The position numbers and the translations under genes are program-made. Under the pieces are notes generated by a model, which was given only the letters and a program-made list of their open reading frames with translations, was not told where the DNA came from and did no database searches. A DNA stretch of 64,000 nt from Candidatus Zhuqueibacterota bacterium (GTDB taxonomy: Bacteria > Zhuqueibacterota > Zhuqueibacteria > Thermofontimicrobiales > Thermofontimicrobiaceae), in NCBI GenBank assembly GCA_049322915.1, contig JBMOPW010000045.1, positions 116,203 to 180,202 of the forward strand. Reading direction: 5' to 3'. Shown piece after piece: positions 22,522 through 32,174 of this stretch; within the stretch, counting starts at the first letter, position 1, and each line of letters begins with the position of its first letter.

Positions 22522-23862
22522 TTAAACCTTAATCGCTTTCCAGCGTCCGCCGCGGAAACGCCAGTAGTTCAAAACGAGTCGTACGGATTCATCGATTAAA
22601 TGGGCCAGCCATAGCCCGGTGACGGCTAAGGAAAAGGTGAAAGCAAAAAGCCAGGAGGCGAAAAGCTCCAGCGTACACACGCCGATCATGGTCATGTACA
22701 TGAGCCATTTTAAATCGCCAGCTCCCCGCAGATTCCCGATAATGACATTATCGACAGCTTTGGGTATTTGGACAATCGCAAAAACGATGACGGCATTGAC
22801 TCCCAGATGAATCACTGATTTGTCCACAATGAACAGATGCAGGATTGTCCGGGAAAATATAATGAGTATCAGCGCGATGAAACATGAAAAAACAAATCCG
22901 ACCCAGCCGGATGTCCTTGCAGTTCGCTCTGCCAGTTGCTGTTTTTCTGCTCCCAGATTTTTGCCCATCAGCGTCATGGCGCCAATGCTGAAACCGAGAT
23001 ACGCCATTGAAAGCACATTTTGAATTCGATTGAAAGCAGTATGAATGGCCAGGTATTTGGGGCCCAGCAGCGCCGCGTACACCGTAATGACCAGCAATCC
23101 CAGCGCCCATACCAATTGCTCCACTGTTGTGGGAATGCCGGTATTCAGCAGTCGCTTGAATGTCTTGAAATTGGGCGTGGTTAACTCCCTGAACGACAGA
23201 AAGAGTACCGAACGCCGTGTCCTCAAAATGTAAAGGGTGACAATGAATCCGATGGAATGGGAAATACCAAAGGCCATGGCCGCACCTTCCACTTCCCAGC
23301 GTGGAAATCCGAACCAGCCAAAGATGAAGAGTGGCGCTAACACCAGGTTCAGGCCGTTGATAATGACGTTGATGATCATGGAAAGGTGAGTGTCCCCGGC
23401 CCCGCGAATGCAGCCGACTGCGACGAAATTGGTGATCATAATCGGCGCGAACAGTGCGACGATGCGCAGGTAGGAGATACCCGCGCGCTGCGCTTCAATG
23501 GAGCCGCCTTCCCGTATCAGTTTGAACAGCAATACGCCGCCGAAATACCAGATGATGGCAAAGGCGAATGAGATGAAAATGCTGATCATCAATGCCTGAC
23601 CCATCACGTGATTGGCTTCTTGCCGTTCATCCGCGCCAAGATGACGGGCGATGATCAACGAACTGCCGACAATGAAGGTGATGAGTATCGTCAAAAACGC
23701 GATGATGATTTGAATGGCAAGTCCCTGACCCGCGAATGCAGCTGTGCTAAGCCGGCCAATCAGAATCGCCTCGATTGTGAACATGATGGTCTGGGAAGAT
23801 AAGTCCACGACAGCCGGGATGGAAGTTTTTAAGATATTTTTTAATGGGGAAGTTTGACCCAC
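22522..23862 (-). CDS. MATE family efflux transporter
   Basis: About 12 TM helices in two repeats, each with RGAGD; GFPRWEVEGAAMA. Confidence 0.93.
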   Translation of the reverse strand: MGQTSPLKNILKTSIPAVVDLSSQTIMFTIEAILIGRLSTAAFAGQGLAIQIIIAFLTILITFIVGSSLIIARHLGADERQEANHVMGQALMISIFISFAFAIIWYFGGVLLFKLIREGGSIEAQRAGISYLRIVALFAPIMITNFVAVGCIRGAGDTHLSMIINVIINGLNLVLAPLFIFGWFGFPRWEVEGAAMAFGISHSIGFIVTLYILRTRRSVLFLSFRELTTPNFKTFKRLLNTGIPTTVEQLVWALGLLVITVYAALLGPKYLAIHTAFNRIQNVLSMAYLGFSIGAMTLMGKNLGAEKQQLAERTARTSGWVGFVFSCFIALILIIFSRTILHLFIVDKSVIHLGVNAVIVFAIVQIPKAVDNVIIGNLRGAGDLKWLMYMTMIGVCTLELFASWLFAFTFSLAVTGLWLAHLIDESVRLVLNYWRFRGGRWKAIKV

Positions 23863-24026
23863 ATGTTACCTCTAATGGCATTCCTGCAGTGACAACGCAG
23901 CGATCTGTGATCCGGATATTAACCCTGCTGCGTCACATAGATTTATTATCGTTATATATTGTTTTTTGGGTAGATGAAAAATTCAACATATAGTGATAAA
24001 TTTGTTAAATGACGTTGCAGTGTTAA

Positions 24027-24057
24027 GAGTGGCTGGATTTTGAAAGACCAGCCACTC
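24027..24057. terminator. Hairpin downstream of ino1
   Basis: GAGTGGCTGG...CCAGCCACTC 10-bp inverted repeat. Confidence 0.55.
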
Positions 24058-24134
24058 CAGCAGTCAGGATTCAATGCGCTTCAACAGGTACAGCGCGCCG
24101 GTTCCCGAAAAAGCAGGGGAGACCAGACACAACA

Positions 24135-25448
24135 TTAATCGTAATATTCAAGCCCCAGATGGGTGATTAATTCTTCACCTTTCAAATGGCGCAGTGTGTT
24201 TTTTAACTTGATCAACTGAATGAAAAGATCGTGCTCCGGATAAAGTTCTTTGGCGCACATCGGGCTTTTGAAGTAGAATGATAACCACTCCTGAATGCCC
24301 TTCATGCCGGTGCGTTGAGCCAGATCCATGAACATGGCCAGGTCCAGCACAATCGGCGCCGCCAAAATACTGTCGCGGCACAGGAAATCGACTTTGATCT
24401 GCATGGGGTAACCCAGCCAGCCGAAGATGTCGATATTGTCCCAGCCCTCTTTGTTATCGCCGCGCGGAGGATAATAATTAATGCGCACTTTGTGGTAGAA
24501 ATTTTTATACAGATCCGGGTATACTTCCGGCTGCAGAATGTATTCCAGCACGGAAAGCTTGCTCTCTTCCTTTGTCTTGAACGATTCAGGATCGTCCAGC
24601 ACTTCGCCGTCCCGGTTGCCCAGGATATTGGTCGAGAACCAACCGTTCAGTCCCAGCATTCTCGCTTTGAGCCCCGGGGCTAACAGGGTTTTCATCAATG
24701 TCTGGCCGGTCTTGAAATCCTTCCCGGCGATGGGCACCTTGAGTTCACGCGCCAGTTCGATGAGCGCGGGAATGTCGACCGTCAAATTCGGTGCGCCATT
24801 GGCGAACGGCACGCCGGCTTTGATCGACGCATAGGCGTACAACATGCTCGGCGCGATGGCCGGGTGGTTCTCTTTCATGGCTTTTTCAAGCGATTCAATC
24901 GTCTGATGCACCGGCTCCGGCTTCAGGTAAATTTCAGTGCTGGCGCACCAGATGGTGACCATGCGATTCAAATTATTTTTCGCTTTGAAATTCTGAATAT
25001 CTTCAATCAACATCTGGGCATAATCATATTTATTGGCAGCTTTTTTAACATGGTCGCCGGATAACCGCTTCACATATTTTTGATCGAACACAGCTTTCAT
25101 CGGAGCTATTTTTTCAATTTCAGGGCGAATCTTTTCGAGCAATGAGGTTTCCAGAACACCGGCTTTCATTGCGGCTTCGTACACGTTGTCCGTAAAAATA
25201 TCCCATCCGCCAAAAACGATGTCATTCAAATCAGCTAATTCAATGAAGTCTTTGATCTTGGGCGAGCGTTTCTCAGTCCGCTTTCCCAAACGAATGGTGC
25301 CCATTTGAGTCAACGAGCCGATGGGCTTGGCCAGTCCATTTCGAACAGCAATGACGCCGGAGATGAACGTCGTCGCCACAGCACCCAATCCCGGGCATAA
25401 AATTCCCAATTTACCTTCGGGTTTTGCAATGTCATATTTCTCTTTCAA
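24135..25448 (-). CDS. ino1: myo-Inositol-3(1)-phosphate synthase
   Basis: GLGAVATT Rossmann motif, FGGWD, GKDFKTGQT, NILGNRDG, RGDNKEGWD and CRDSILAAPIVLDL; TTG start with GAGGAGG RBS. Confidence 0.96.
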   Translation of the reverse strand: MKEKYDIAKPEGKLGILCPGLGAVATTFISGVIAVRNGLAKPIGSLTQMGTIRLGKRTEKRSPKIKDFIELADLNDIVFGGWDIFTDNVYEAAMKAGVLETSLLEKIRPEIEKIAPMKAVFDQKYVKRLSGDHVKKAANKYDYAQMLIEDIQNFKAKNNLNRMVTIWCASTEIYLKPEPVHQTIESLEKAMKENHPAIAPSMLYAYASIKAGVPFANGAPNLTVDIPALIELARELKVPIAGKDFKTGQTLMKTLLAPGLKARMLGLNGWFSTNILGNRDGEVLDDPESFKTKEESKLSVLEYILQPEVYPDLYKNFYHKVRINYYPPRGDNKEGWDNIDIFGWLGYPMQIKVDFLCRDSILAAPIVLDLAMFMDLAQRTGMKGIQEWLSFYFKSPMCAKELYPEHDLFIQLIKLKNTLRHLKGEELITHLGLEYYD

Positions 25449-25503
25449 AGATGTCCCTCCTCAATTCAAAAAGCTAGTTCAATTGCGTTTCTCTCTCAAT
25501 GAT

Positions 25504-25854
25504 TTATTCTAAGATTTGATTCTGGTCGTTCACATAAACAACTTTGGGGACAAAATTTTTCGCGTCGGATTCCGATAAAATGCCGTAGGCGACAATGATG
25601 AGCATATCGCCAATCTCAACCATCCTCGCCAGCGCGCCGTTGCAACAAATGGTGCCAGACCCCGGATCGCCTTCGATGACGTATGTTTCGGCCCGTTCCC
25701 CGGTGTTGATGTTCAGAATTTGCACTTTCTCGAACGGCAAAATATTCGCTGCGTCCATCAATTTTTTATCGATGGTGATGCTTCCCTCATAATTCAAATT
25801 CGCATCGGTGGCAGTCACACGATGGATTTTTGATTTGCACATGGTCACGTTCAT
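25504..25854 (-). CDS. panD: Aspartate 1-decarboxylase
   Basis: KSKIHRVT...NYEGSITID (G-S autocleavage site), NTGERAETY and NGALAR. Confidence 0.97.
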   Translation of the reverse strand: MNVTMCKSKIHRVTATDANLNYEGSITIDKKLMDAANILPFEKVQILNINTGERAETYVIEGDPGSGTICCNGALARMVEIGDMLIIVAYGILSESDAKNFVPKVVYVNDQNQILE

Positions 25855-26079
25855 GATGCCAACTCCAGTGAAGATTCGATTAAGTATGCGTTCTCTTTAT
25901 AGTATTCATTCGGAAAAAAGACAACATTGCTTTAACATCTCTGTTGCGCGCAGTGGATGTCTCGCACGTGGCAGGACATGCCCATCGTATCGCGAGCCAA
26001 TCGCGTCATGGTCGTCGCACACTGTCCCATGACCGAAAAGACGCAGCCCATCGATATGAGGTGCAATCATCCGCTCGCG

Positions 26080-26727
26080 TCAATTGCCTTTGGCCGGGGG
26101 ATTGCCTTTTCTTCGCTCCGTAAGCCAGACGTGGTACACGCGCTGGATGGCGGTGATGTTTGAAAAAATGGCAACCAAAAAGATAGCGACGACCAATGCC
26201 ACATTGTGAATGAGAGCGCCCAACGAAATGAACAAAACCCGCTCGGTCCGTTGCATCACGCCCACTTTGCATTCCAGGCCGAGGCCTTCGGCGCGGGCGC
26301 GCACGTAGCTTGTCATAATCGAGCCGCCGATGGCGACGGATACGGCGATGGCGGCAATGAGTGACACGTTGATGTCGCCGCTCTGCCAGGGCACTGTGAC
26401 GAAATAGTAGGCCAATCCAAAAAATATCATCACTTCAGAATAGCGGTCCAGCGTTGAATCGTAGAGCGCGCCAAATTTAGTCACGCGATTGGTGGCCCGC
26501 GCAACGCGTCCGTCAATCACGTCGAACAGGCCGCCGATGAGCATCACCAGACCGCCCCAGCGCAGGCGGCCGCTTCCGAACAGGTAGGCTGCGAAGATGC
26601 TGACAATCAGGCCAATGGTCGTAAAATGATTTGGGTTAAGTCGTCGTTTAATGAAGAAGTTAATCACAGGGGCGATTATCTTCAAAAAGGTAGTTCGAAC
26701 CCGCTCCGGTACTAATATAATTTCCAA
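26080..26727 (-). CDS. CDP-alcohol phosphatidyltransferase (PgsA / phosphatidylinositol-phosphate synthase-like)
   Basis: Family signature DVIDGRVAR...GALYDSTLDR; SYVRARAEGLG...VGVMQRTER. Confidence 0.93.
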   Translation of the reverse strand: MEIILVPERVRTTFLKIIAPVINFFIKRRLNPNHFTTIGLIVSIFAAYLFGSGRLRWGGLVMLIGGLFDVIDGRVARATNRVTKFGALYDSTLDRYSEVMIFFGLAYYFVTVPWQSGDINVSLIAAIAVSVAIGGSIMTSYVRARAEGLGLECKVGVMQRTERVLFISLGALIHNVALVVAIFLVAIFSNITAIQRVYHVWLTERRKGNPPAKGN

Positions 26728-26741
26728 CTTCCCAATGCTCC

Positions 26742-27437
26742 TTATCGATTTATTTTTTTTCCTTCAATGATTAAAACAAATTCACCCTTATAGGTGATGA
26801 GATTTTCGTTTTGCGCAAAGTCGATCAATTGCCCCCGGTAAATCTGCTCGAATTTTTTTGTCAATTCCCTGGAGATGGAGATTCGTCGATCGCCCAAAAA
26901 CTCGAGCAGATGATTCAGCGTCTTCTGCAGTTTCTTCGGCGATTCGTACAGGATAATGGTGCGCTTCTCTTCGGCCAATTCTTTCAGTCGCGACTGCCTG
27001 CCCTTTTTGGGCGGCAGAAATCCTTCGAAAACGAATCGGTCGCCGGGAAGGCCGGAGCAAATTAAAGCCGGGACAAACGCCGTGGCGCCTGGTACAGCTT
27101 CGACGACGATATTCCGGGAGAGCGCTTCGCGCACAATATAAAATGCCTCGTCGGAAATACCAGGGGTTCCGGCATCGGATATGACAGCGATGGATTCCCC
27201 CTGCTCAAGTTTTTTGATCAACCCCGGTGTTTTCTTCTCTTTGTTGAATTCAAAATAACTTGTTGTTGGCGTGCTGATATTGTAATGATGCAACAGAATG
27301 GCCGCATGTCGTGTATCTTCGGCAGCGATTAACGCAACCCGGGACAACACTTCGACAGCGCGAAACGACATGTCGTTTAAATTTCCGATCGGCGTGCTGA
27401 CGAGATAAAGCCGGCCGTATGGTTCGGGTTCTTTCAG
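26742..27437 (-). CDS. rsmI: 16S rRNA (cytidine1402-2'-O)-methyltransferase
   Basis: AAEDTR, ISDAGTPGISD, FEGFLP, YESP, RELTK and KGEFV. The conserved N-terminal LYLVSTPIGNL lies upstream of the tracked ATG (27371), so the start is extended to CTG 27437. Confidence 0.95.
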   Translation of the reverse strand: MKEPEPYGRLYLVSTPIGNLNDMSFRAVEVLSRVALIAAEDTRHAAILLHHYNISTPTTSYFEFNKEKKTPGLIKKLEQGESIAVISDAGTPGISDEAFYIVREALSRNIVVEAVPGATAFVPALICSGLPGDRFVFEGFLPPKKGRQSRLKELAEEKRTIILYESPKKLQKTLNHLLEFLGDRRISISRELTKKFEQIYRGQLIDFAQNENLITYKGEFVLIIEGKKINR

Positions 27438-27439
27438 TG

Positions 27440-28807
27440 TTACAACTCCCCTTTACCTTGTTTGGACGGCGCGTCCGCAGATTTGCTGAGGATCGCCGCG
27501 CATTTGTCAACTATTTCAATGGCCTTATCAACGATTTGTTCCGTGATATTTAATGAAGGCCGGAAACGGAGAGACCGTTCCCCGCACTTCAAAATGAACA
27601 TCCCCAGCTCGAACGCCTGTCCGATGAATTTATTCCGAAGGCAATCGGTCGGCAAATCGAACGCGATGAACAGCCCTTTGCCGCGCACGTTGGAGATGAA
27701 CCCGGCATATTTTTCCTGAAGAGTGAGCAGCTCATTCATGAAATAGGCGCCGACTTTCGCGGCATTATCCACGAGGCGCTCTTCCTCGATGATCTCCAGG
27801 TAGCGCTGGCTCCGAACCATGTCGACCAAATTGGCGCCCCAGGTTGAATTGATGCGGCTGGATTCCTGGAAGACATTATTTTCCACGTCGTCAATTCGTC
27901 GACTGGCCAAAATACCGCAGACCTGTGCCTTTTTGCCAAATGCAATGATGTCCGGTTCAACATCGTGATGCTGATAGGCCCACATTTTCCCTGTGACGCC
28001 GAGCCCGGATTGCACCTCGTCGAATATCAAAAGGATATGATGTTCGTCGGCAACCGCCCGGAGCTGCTTCATGAATTCAGGTCTGAAATGATTGTCTCCG
28101 CCTTCGCCCTGAATCGGCTCAATGATGATGGCCGCGATGTCGTCCGGATGGTCCTGAATGGCCCGATGAATCTGGCTCAGGCTCATCTCTTCATCCTGAA
28201 TCACTTTCTTCAGATTTTCTTCAGTCACGGGAAACGTCAGTTTTGGATTGATCACTCGCGGCCAGTTAAATTTTGGGAAATATTTCGTCTTGGCCGGATC
28301 GGCGGTATTGGTCATGGATAGCGCATAGCCGCTGCGCCCGTGAAATGCCTGTTTGAAATGGATGACTTTGCTGCCCAGTTCTTCAATATGGCCCTTCTTA
28401 AAATTGTGCCGCACTTTCCAGTCGAAGGCTGTCTTCAAGGCGTTTTCAACGGCGAGGGTGCCGCCGCTGATCAGGAACAGATGGGGCAGGCTTTCGGGAA
28501 TGGCCACGCGGGAAAACGTCTCGACAAACTCGGCCATTTCCACGGTATAGAAATCTGAATTGGATGGCTTGTTCAATGAAACATAGGCCATTTTTTCTCT
28601 GAACTCCGGGGTCAGCATTTTGGGGTGATTGAGACCTACAGGGAGGGTCGCGAAAAATGTGAAGAAATCAAGATATTCGCGGTTGGTCTTTGCGTCCACC
28701 AAATAGCATCCGTGACTTTTCTCCAAATCGACAATAATATCAAAACCGTCAACCAGCATGTGTTTCGATAATATCGGAATGACATCGGCAGGTTTTACAT
28801 TTTTCAT
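27440..28807 (-). CDS. lat: L-lysine 6-transaminase (class III PLP aminotransferase)
   Basis: NKPSNSDFY, AVENALKTAFDWK, AFHGRSGY, EPIQGEGGD, DEVQSG, FGKKAQV and SSRINSTWG. Confidence 0.93.
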   Translation of the reverse strand: MKNVKPADVIPILSKHMLVDGFDIIVDLEKSHGCYLVDAKTNREYLDFFTFFATLPVGLNHPKMLTPEFREKMAYVSLNKPSNSDFYTVEMAEFVETFSRVAIPESLPHLFLISGGTLAVENALKTAFDWKVRHNFKKGHIEELGSKVIHFKQAFHGRSGYALSMTNTADPAKTKYFPKFNWPRVINPKLTFPVTEENLKKVIQDEEMSLSQIHRAIQDHPDDIAAIIIEPIQGEGGDNHFRPEFMKQLRAVADEHHILLIFDEVQSGLGVTGKMWAYQHHDVEPDIIAFGKKAQVCGILASRRIDDVENNVFQESSRINSTWGANLVDMVRSQRYLEIIEEERLVDNAAKVGAYFMNELLTLQEKYAGFISNVRGKGLFIAFDLPTDCLRNKFIGQAFELGMFILKCGERSLRFRPSLNITEQIVDKAIEIVDKCAAILSKSADAPSKQGKGEL

Positions 28808-28968
28808 TCATTCAACTCCTTAATTCGTCCTTGTCAATTGGAATACGTGCATCTTTTTCATAACGAACGGTCGTGTGATTTGAAATGAATATCCAGTCTT
28901 CTATCGGGTGACGATTCATTCAACATCTTTCGTCGGCCGCAGGGCGTATCTGAAAAATAAAACTGAAT

Positions 28969-28997
28969 ATTATAACAAAAATATTTCTAAAAGTCAA
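28969..28997 (-). promoter_or_regulatory. Sigma70 promoter upstream of lat
   Basis: TTGACT-17 nt-TATAAT with TG just upstream of the -10, on the minus strand. Confidence 0.7.
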
Positions 28998-29301
28998 GAT
29001 AAAACACGTCCGACCAATTTGAGCCTAACTACCGATTCAGGAAAAAGATACAGAGCGTTGCGGGAAATTTAAAAGGCAGAAAAAAAGCATGGGGTCAGCC
29101 GGAAATGCATCCGAAAAAATAGCGCGGATTGGGCATTACCCATCGCAGACATGCGTTGCGGATCATTTACAGCGTTGTTTCGAAGCGTATGAAACAGATG
29201 TCGGGGAGCATCCGGTGGCTTTCGCCGGGGGAGTTCGATTGAACAGGGCGAATCACGCCGGCAGCCGGAACGTCTGGTTGGTGAAACAGCGCGCCGGCGC
29301 A

Positions 29302-29790
29302 TCAGCGTTTGTATGCTTTGAATTGCAAATTCAGTTTTTCCCAGGTCTGGGTGAGGCCTTCGGACACAACTTTGGTGTGCCCGAAAATGGGCATGAAATT
29401 GGTATCGCCGCGCCAGCGCGGGACGATATGAAAATGCAGATGGTCTTTCACCCCGGCGCCGGCAATTTCACCCAAATTCATGCCGATGTTGAAAGCGTGG
29501 GGCGACATGGTTTGAGTCAGCGCCTCTTTGCACGCGGCGAGGAGCTCCATCATTTCCACGCGTTCTCCATCCGTGAGACTCGAAATGTCCGATGTATGGC
29601 GAAAGGGAACGACCATCAGGTGACCGTTATTGTAGGGATAAAAATTCATGATGACAAAGCAGGAATCCCCGCGGAACAGGATGAGATTTTCCCTGTCGCG
29701 ATCCTCGGATGGCTTGTCACAGAAGATACAGCCTTCGGGTTTTGGCTGTTCAATGTATTGAATCCGCCACGGCGCCCATAAAATTTCCAT
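29302..29790 (-). CDS. HIT family nucleotide hydrolase/transferase (Ap4A phosphorylase-like)
   Basis: LWAPWR, CIFC, NFYPYNNGHLMVVP and HLHFHIVPRW. Confidence 0.94.
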   Translation of the reverse strand: MEILWAPWRIQYIEQPKPEGCIFCDKPSEDRDRENLILFRGDSCFVIMNFYPYNNGHLMVVPFRHTSDISSLTDGERVEMMELLAACKEALTQTMSPHAFNIGMNLGEIAGAGVKDHLHFHIVPRWRGDTNFMPIFGHTKVVSEGLTQTWEKLNLQFKAYKR

Positions 29791-29835
29791 AGGTTAGACC
29801 TCAGTCATGAATTTGCTTGAAGATTTGAATCGAAT

Positions 29836-29874
29836 AGATAAAGGGCAATCGGATGATCCGCTCGCCCTTTATCT
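29836..29874. terminator. Hairpin downstream of the EF-G-like gene
   Basis: AGATAAAGGGC...GCCCTTTATCT 11-bp inverted repeat. Confidence 0.6.
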
Positions 29875-29913
29875 TGTTTTAAAATCATATCAACAGCGCC
29901 AGCAGACAGGCCG

Positions 29914-31998
29914 TTATTCGTTCTTCTCGGCTTCTGTTTGCGCGACAATTTTGTCGGCGACTTCTTTGGGCACTTCTTCGTAGTTGGAAAATTTCAGCTT
30001 GTGCCCGCCGCGTCCCTGAGTCAGCGAACGAAGCGTCGTGGAGTATTTGTATAGCTCGGACAACGGAATTTTAGCGTTGATAATCTGGAACGGGCCATTG
30101 GAGTCCATGCCCTGAATTTTGCCGCGACGGCTGGAGATATCGCCCATTACGTCGCCCATGAATTCCTCCGGAACCTGGATTTCCACGTCGTAGATTGGTT
30201 CCAGCAGCACCGGTTTCGCCTCGCGGAACAGCTTTTTGAAACACATGGAACCGGCAATTTTGAACGCCATATCCGAGGAGTCGACTGTGTGGAAGCTGCC
30301 AAAGTAAAGTGTCGTCCGTACATCGACCACCGGGTAGCCGGCAATGACGCCCTCTGTCTGGGCTTCTTTGACGCCTTTCTCAACGGCTGGGACGTATTTT
30401 CCCGGAATCACGCCGCCCACGATGGCGTCCACAAATTCATAGCCCTGACCCTTGTTGGGTTCGAGTCGCAAGGATACATCCCCGTACTGGCCGCGTCCGC
30501 CGGACTGTTTTTTGTGCTTGTACTGGCCTTCGGCAGAGGAGCGGATTGTTTCGCGGTAGGGAATTTTGGGCTCGACCAGGTCCACTTCCACGCCATACTT
30601 TTCCCTCAATCGTTTCACGATGATGTTCAGGTGCAATTCGCCCTGGCCTGAAATGATGATCTGTTTCAACTCCGGATCGATGATCACTTTGAATGTCGCA
30701 TCCTCGTCCTGAATGCTGTGCAGGCCGGTGGAGATTTTTTCGTCATCGCCTTTGGATTTGGGTACCACGGCGACGCGAATGACCGGTTCCGGAAAATCGA
30801 TGCCGTCCAGAATAATGGGATTGCCTTTGTCGCAGAGCGTATCGGTTGTCGATGTATTTTTCAATTTTACGATCGCGCCAATATCACCACAGATGACCTG
30901 TCCGACTTCCTTTCTGTTTTTGCCATTCATCGAATAGATCTGGCCGATTTTTTCCGGGGAATCTTTGGTGGAGTTCAGCACTTCACTGCCTGTTTTCAAT
31001 GTCCCGGAGTATACTTTCACAAAGGATAATTCGCCCACATGCGGTTCGGAAATCGTCTTGAACACAAGCGCCGAGAGCGGGGCATCGCTTTTCATCTCGC
31101 GCGTCAATTTATCCGTGGATCGCGGCTTCACTCCGAGTGCCTTAGGCCGGTCCGATGGCGCCGGGCAGGCAGTGACGATCAGGTCTAACAACGGCCGAAT
31201 GCCAATATTTTCTGTGGCAACGCCGCATACGATAGGCGATAAATTGCCGGAAACAATGCTCTTGCGCAGCCCTTTTTTCAGTTGATCCTCGGACAACTCG
31301 CCTGTGTCGCAGAAGATGTTGAGCAGTTCTTCGTCGTTCTCGGACACCGATTCCATGAGTTCATTCCGCAACTCCGCGGCGCGATCTGCCACGTCCGCAG
31401 GAATCTCCTCTTCCGTGAATTTGCCGGACTTATTCTTTTCAAATCGGAGCAATTTCATTCTCAGAATATCCACAATGCTGTCGAATTTGTCGTTACCCTC
31501 ATTCACCGGGAACTGCAAGGCAGCGACGCTGTTGCCGAAGCGTTTTTTGGCATAGTCATAAATTTTGGAAAAATCAGCGTGCTCTTTATCCAGCCGATTG
31601 ATGAAGAAAATCCGAGGGATATTATTTTTCCCTGCCAGATCAACCATTGCCTCTGTCCCCACCTCGAACCCTGAGACCGCATTGACGAGAACCAGCGTCG
31701 AATCGCATACGCGCAGGGCGCCAATGACTTCACCAACAAAATCGGAATAGCCCGGTGTGTCCAGGATATTAATCTTGCAATTTTTCCAATCCAGATTGAG
31801 CAGGGATGTGCTGATGGAAATCTTGCGGTCGATTTCATCCTGATGGTAATCAGAGATGGTCGTGCCATCATCCACGGTTCCGATACGGTTCGTTTCCCCT
31901 GCGGTGAAGGCAATTGCCTCTGACAGAGATGTTTTGCCGACGCCGCCATGAGAAATCAATCCCACATTCCTAATCTGATCCACTGTGTATTCTTTCAC
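29914..31998 (-). CDS. fusA: Elongation factor G paralog (EF-G II / EF-G-like)
   Basis: Full EF-G domain order (GQGELHL, PYRETI, KKQSGGRGQYG, VDSSDMAF, LLEPI, LRSLTQGRG); divergent G1 (SHGGVGKTS) and G3 (DTPGY); not in an rpsL-rpsG-tuf operon. Confidence 0.92.
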   Translation of the reverse strand: MKEYTVDQIRNVGLISHGGVGKTSLSEAIAFTAGETNRIGTVDDGTTISDYHQDEIDRKISISTSLLNLDWKNCKINILDTPGYSDFVGEVIGALRVCDSTLVLVNAVSGFEVGTEAMVDLAGKNNIPRIFFINRLDKEHADFSKIYDYAKKRFGNSVAALQFPVNEGNDKFDSIVDILRMKLLRFEKNKSGKFTEEEIPADVADRAAELRNELMESVSENDEELLNIFCDTGELSEDQLKKGLRKSIVSGNLSPIVCGVATENIGIRPLLDLIVTACPAPSDRPKALGVKPRSTDKLTREMKSDAPLSALVFKTISEPHVGELSFVKVYSGTLKTGSEVLNSTKDSPEKIGQIYSMNGKNRKEVGQVICGDIGAIVKLKNTSTTDTLCDKGNPIILDGIDFPEPVIRVAVVPKSKGDDEKISTGLHSIQDEDATFKVIIDPELKQIIISGQGELHLNIIVKRLREKYGVEVDLVEPKIPYRETIRSSAEGQYKHKKQSGGRGQYGDVSLRLEPNKGQGYEFVDAIVGGVIPGKYVPAVEKGVKEAQTEGVIAGYPVVDVRTTLYFGSFHTVDSSDMAFKIAGSMCFKKLFREAKPVLLEPIYDVEIQVPEEFMGDVMGDISSRRGKIQGMDSNGPFQIINAKIPLSELYKYSTTLRSLTQGRGGHKLKFSNYEEVPKEVADKIVAQTEAEKNE

Positions 31999-32174
31999 AA
32001 AATGCCTCCTTAAATTACGGTGGAACTATCTTATAATTGCTGCTCAGTTACCTTGCAAACAAATGGCATTTGTTCGATTTGTCTCCGTGTCGGACATTCC
32101 TGAAAATACCTCGGAAATAAGTGCCTCATGGTTGACATGACCATTCAAATGTGAACCAAGCAGGTGTGTTTATT

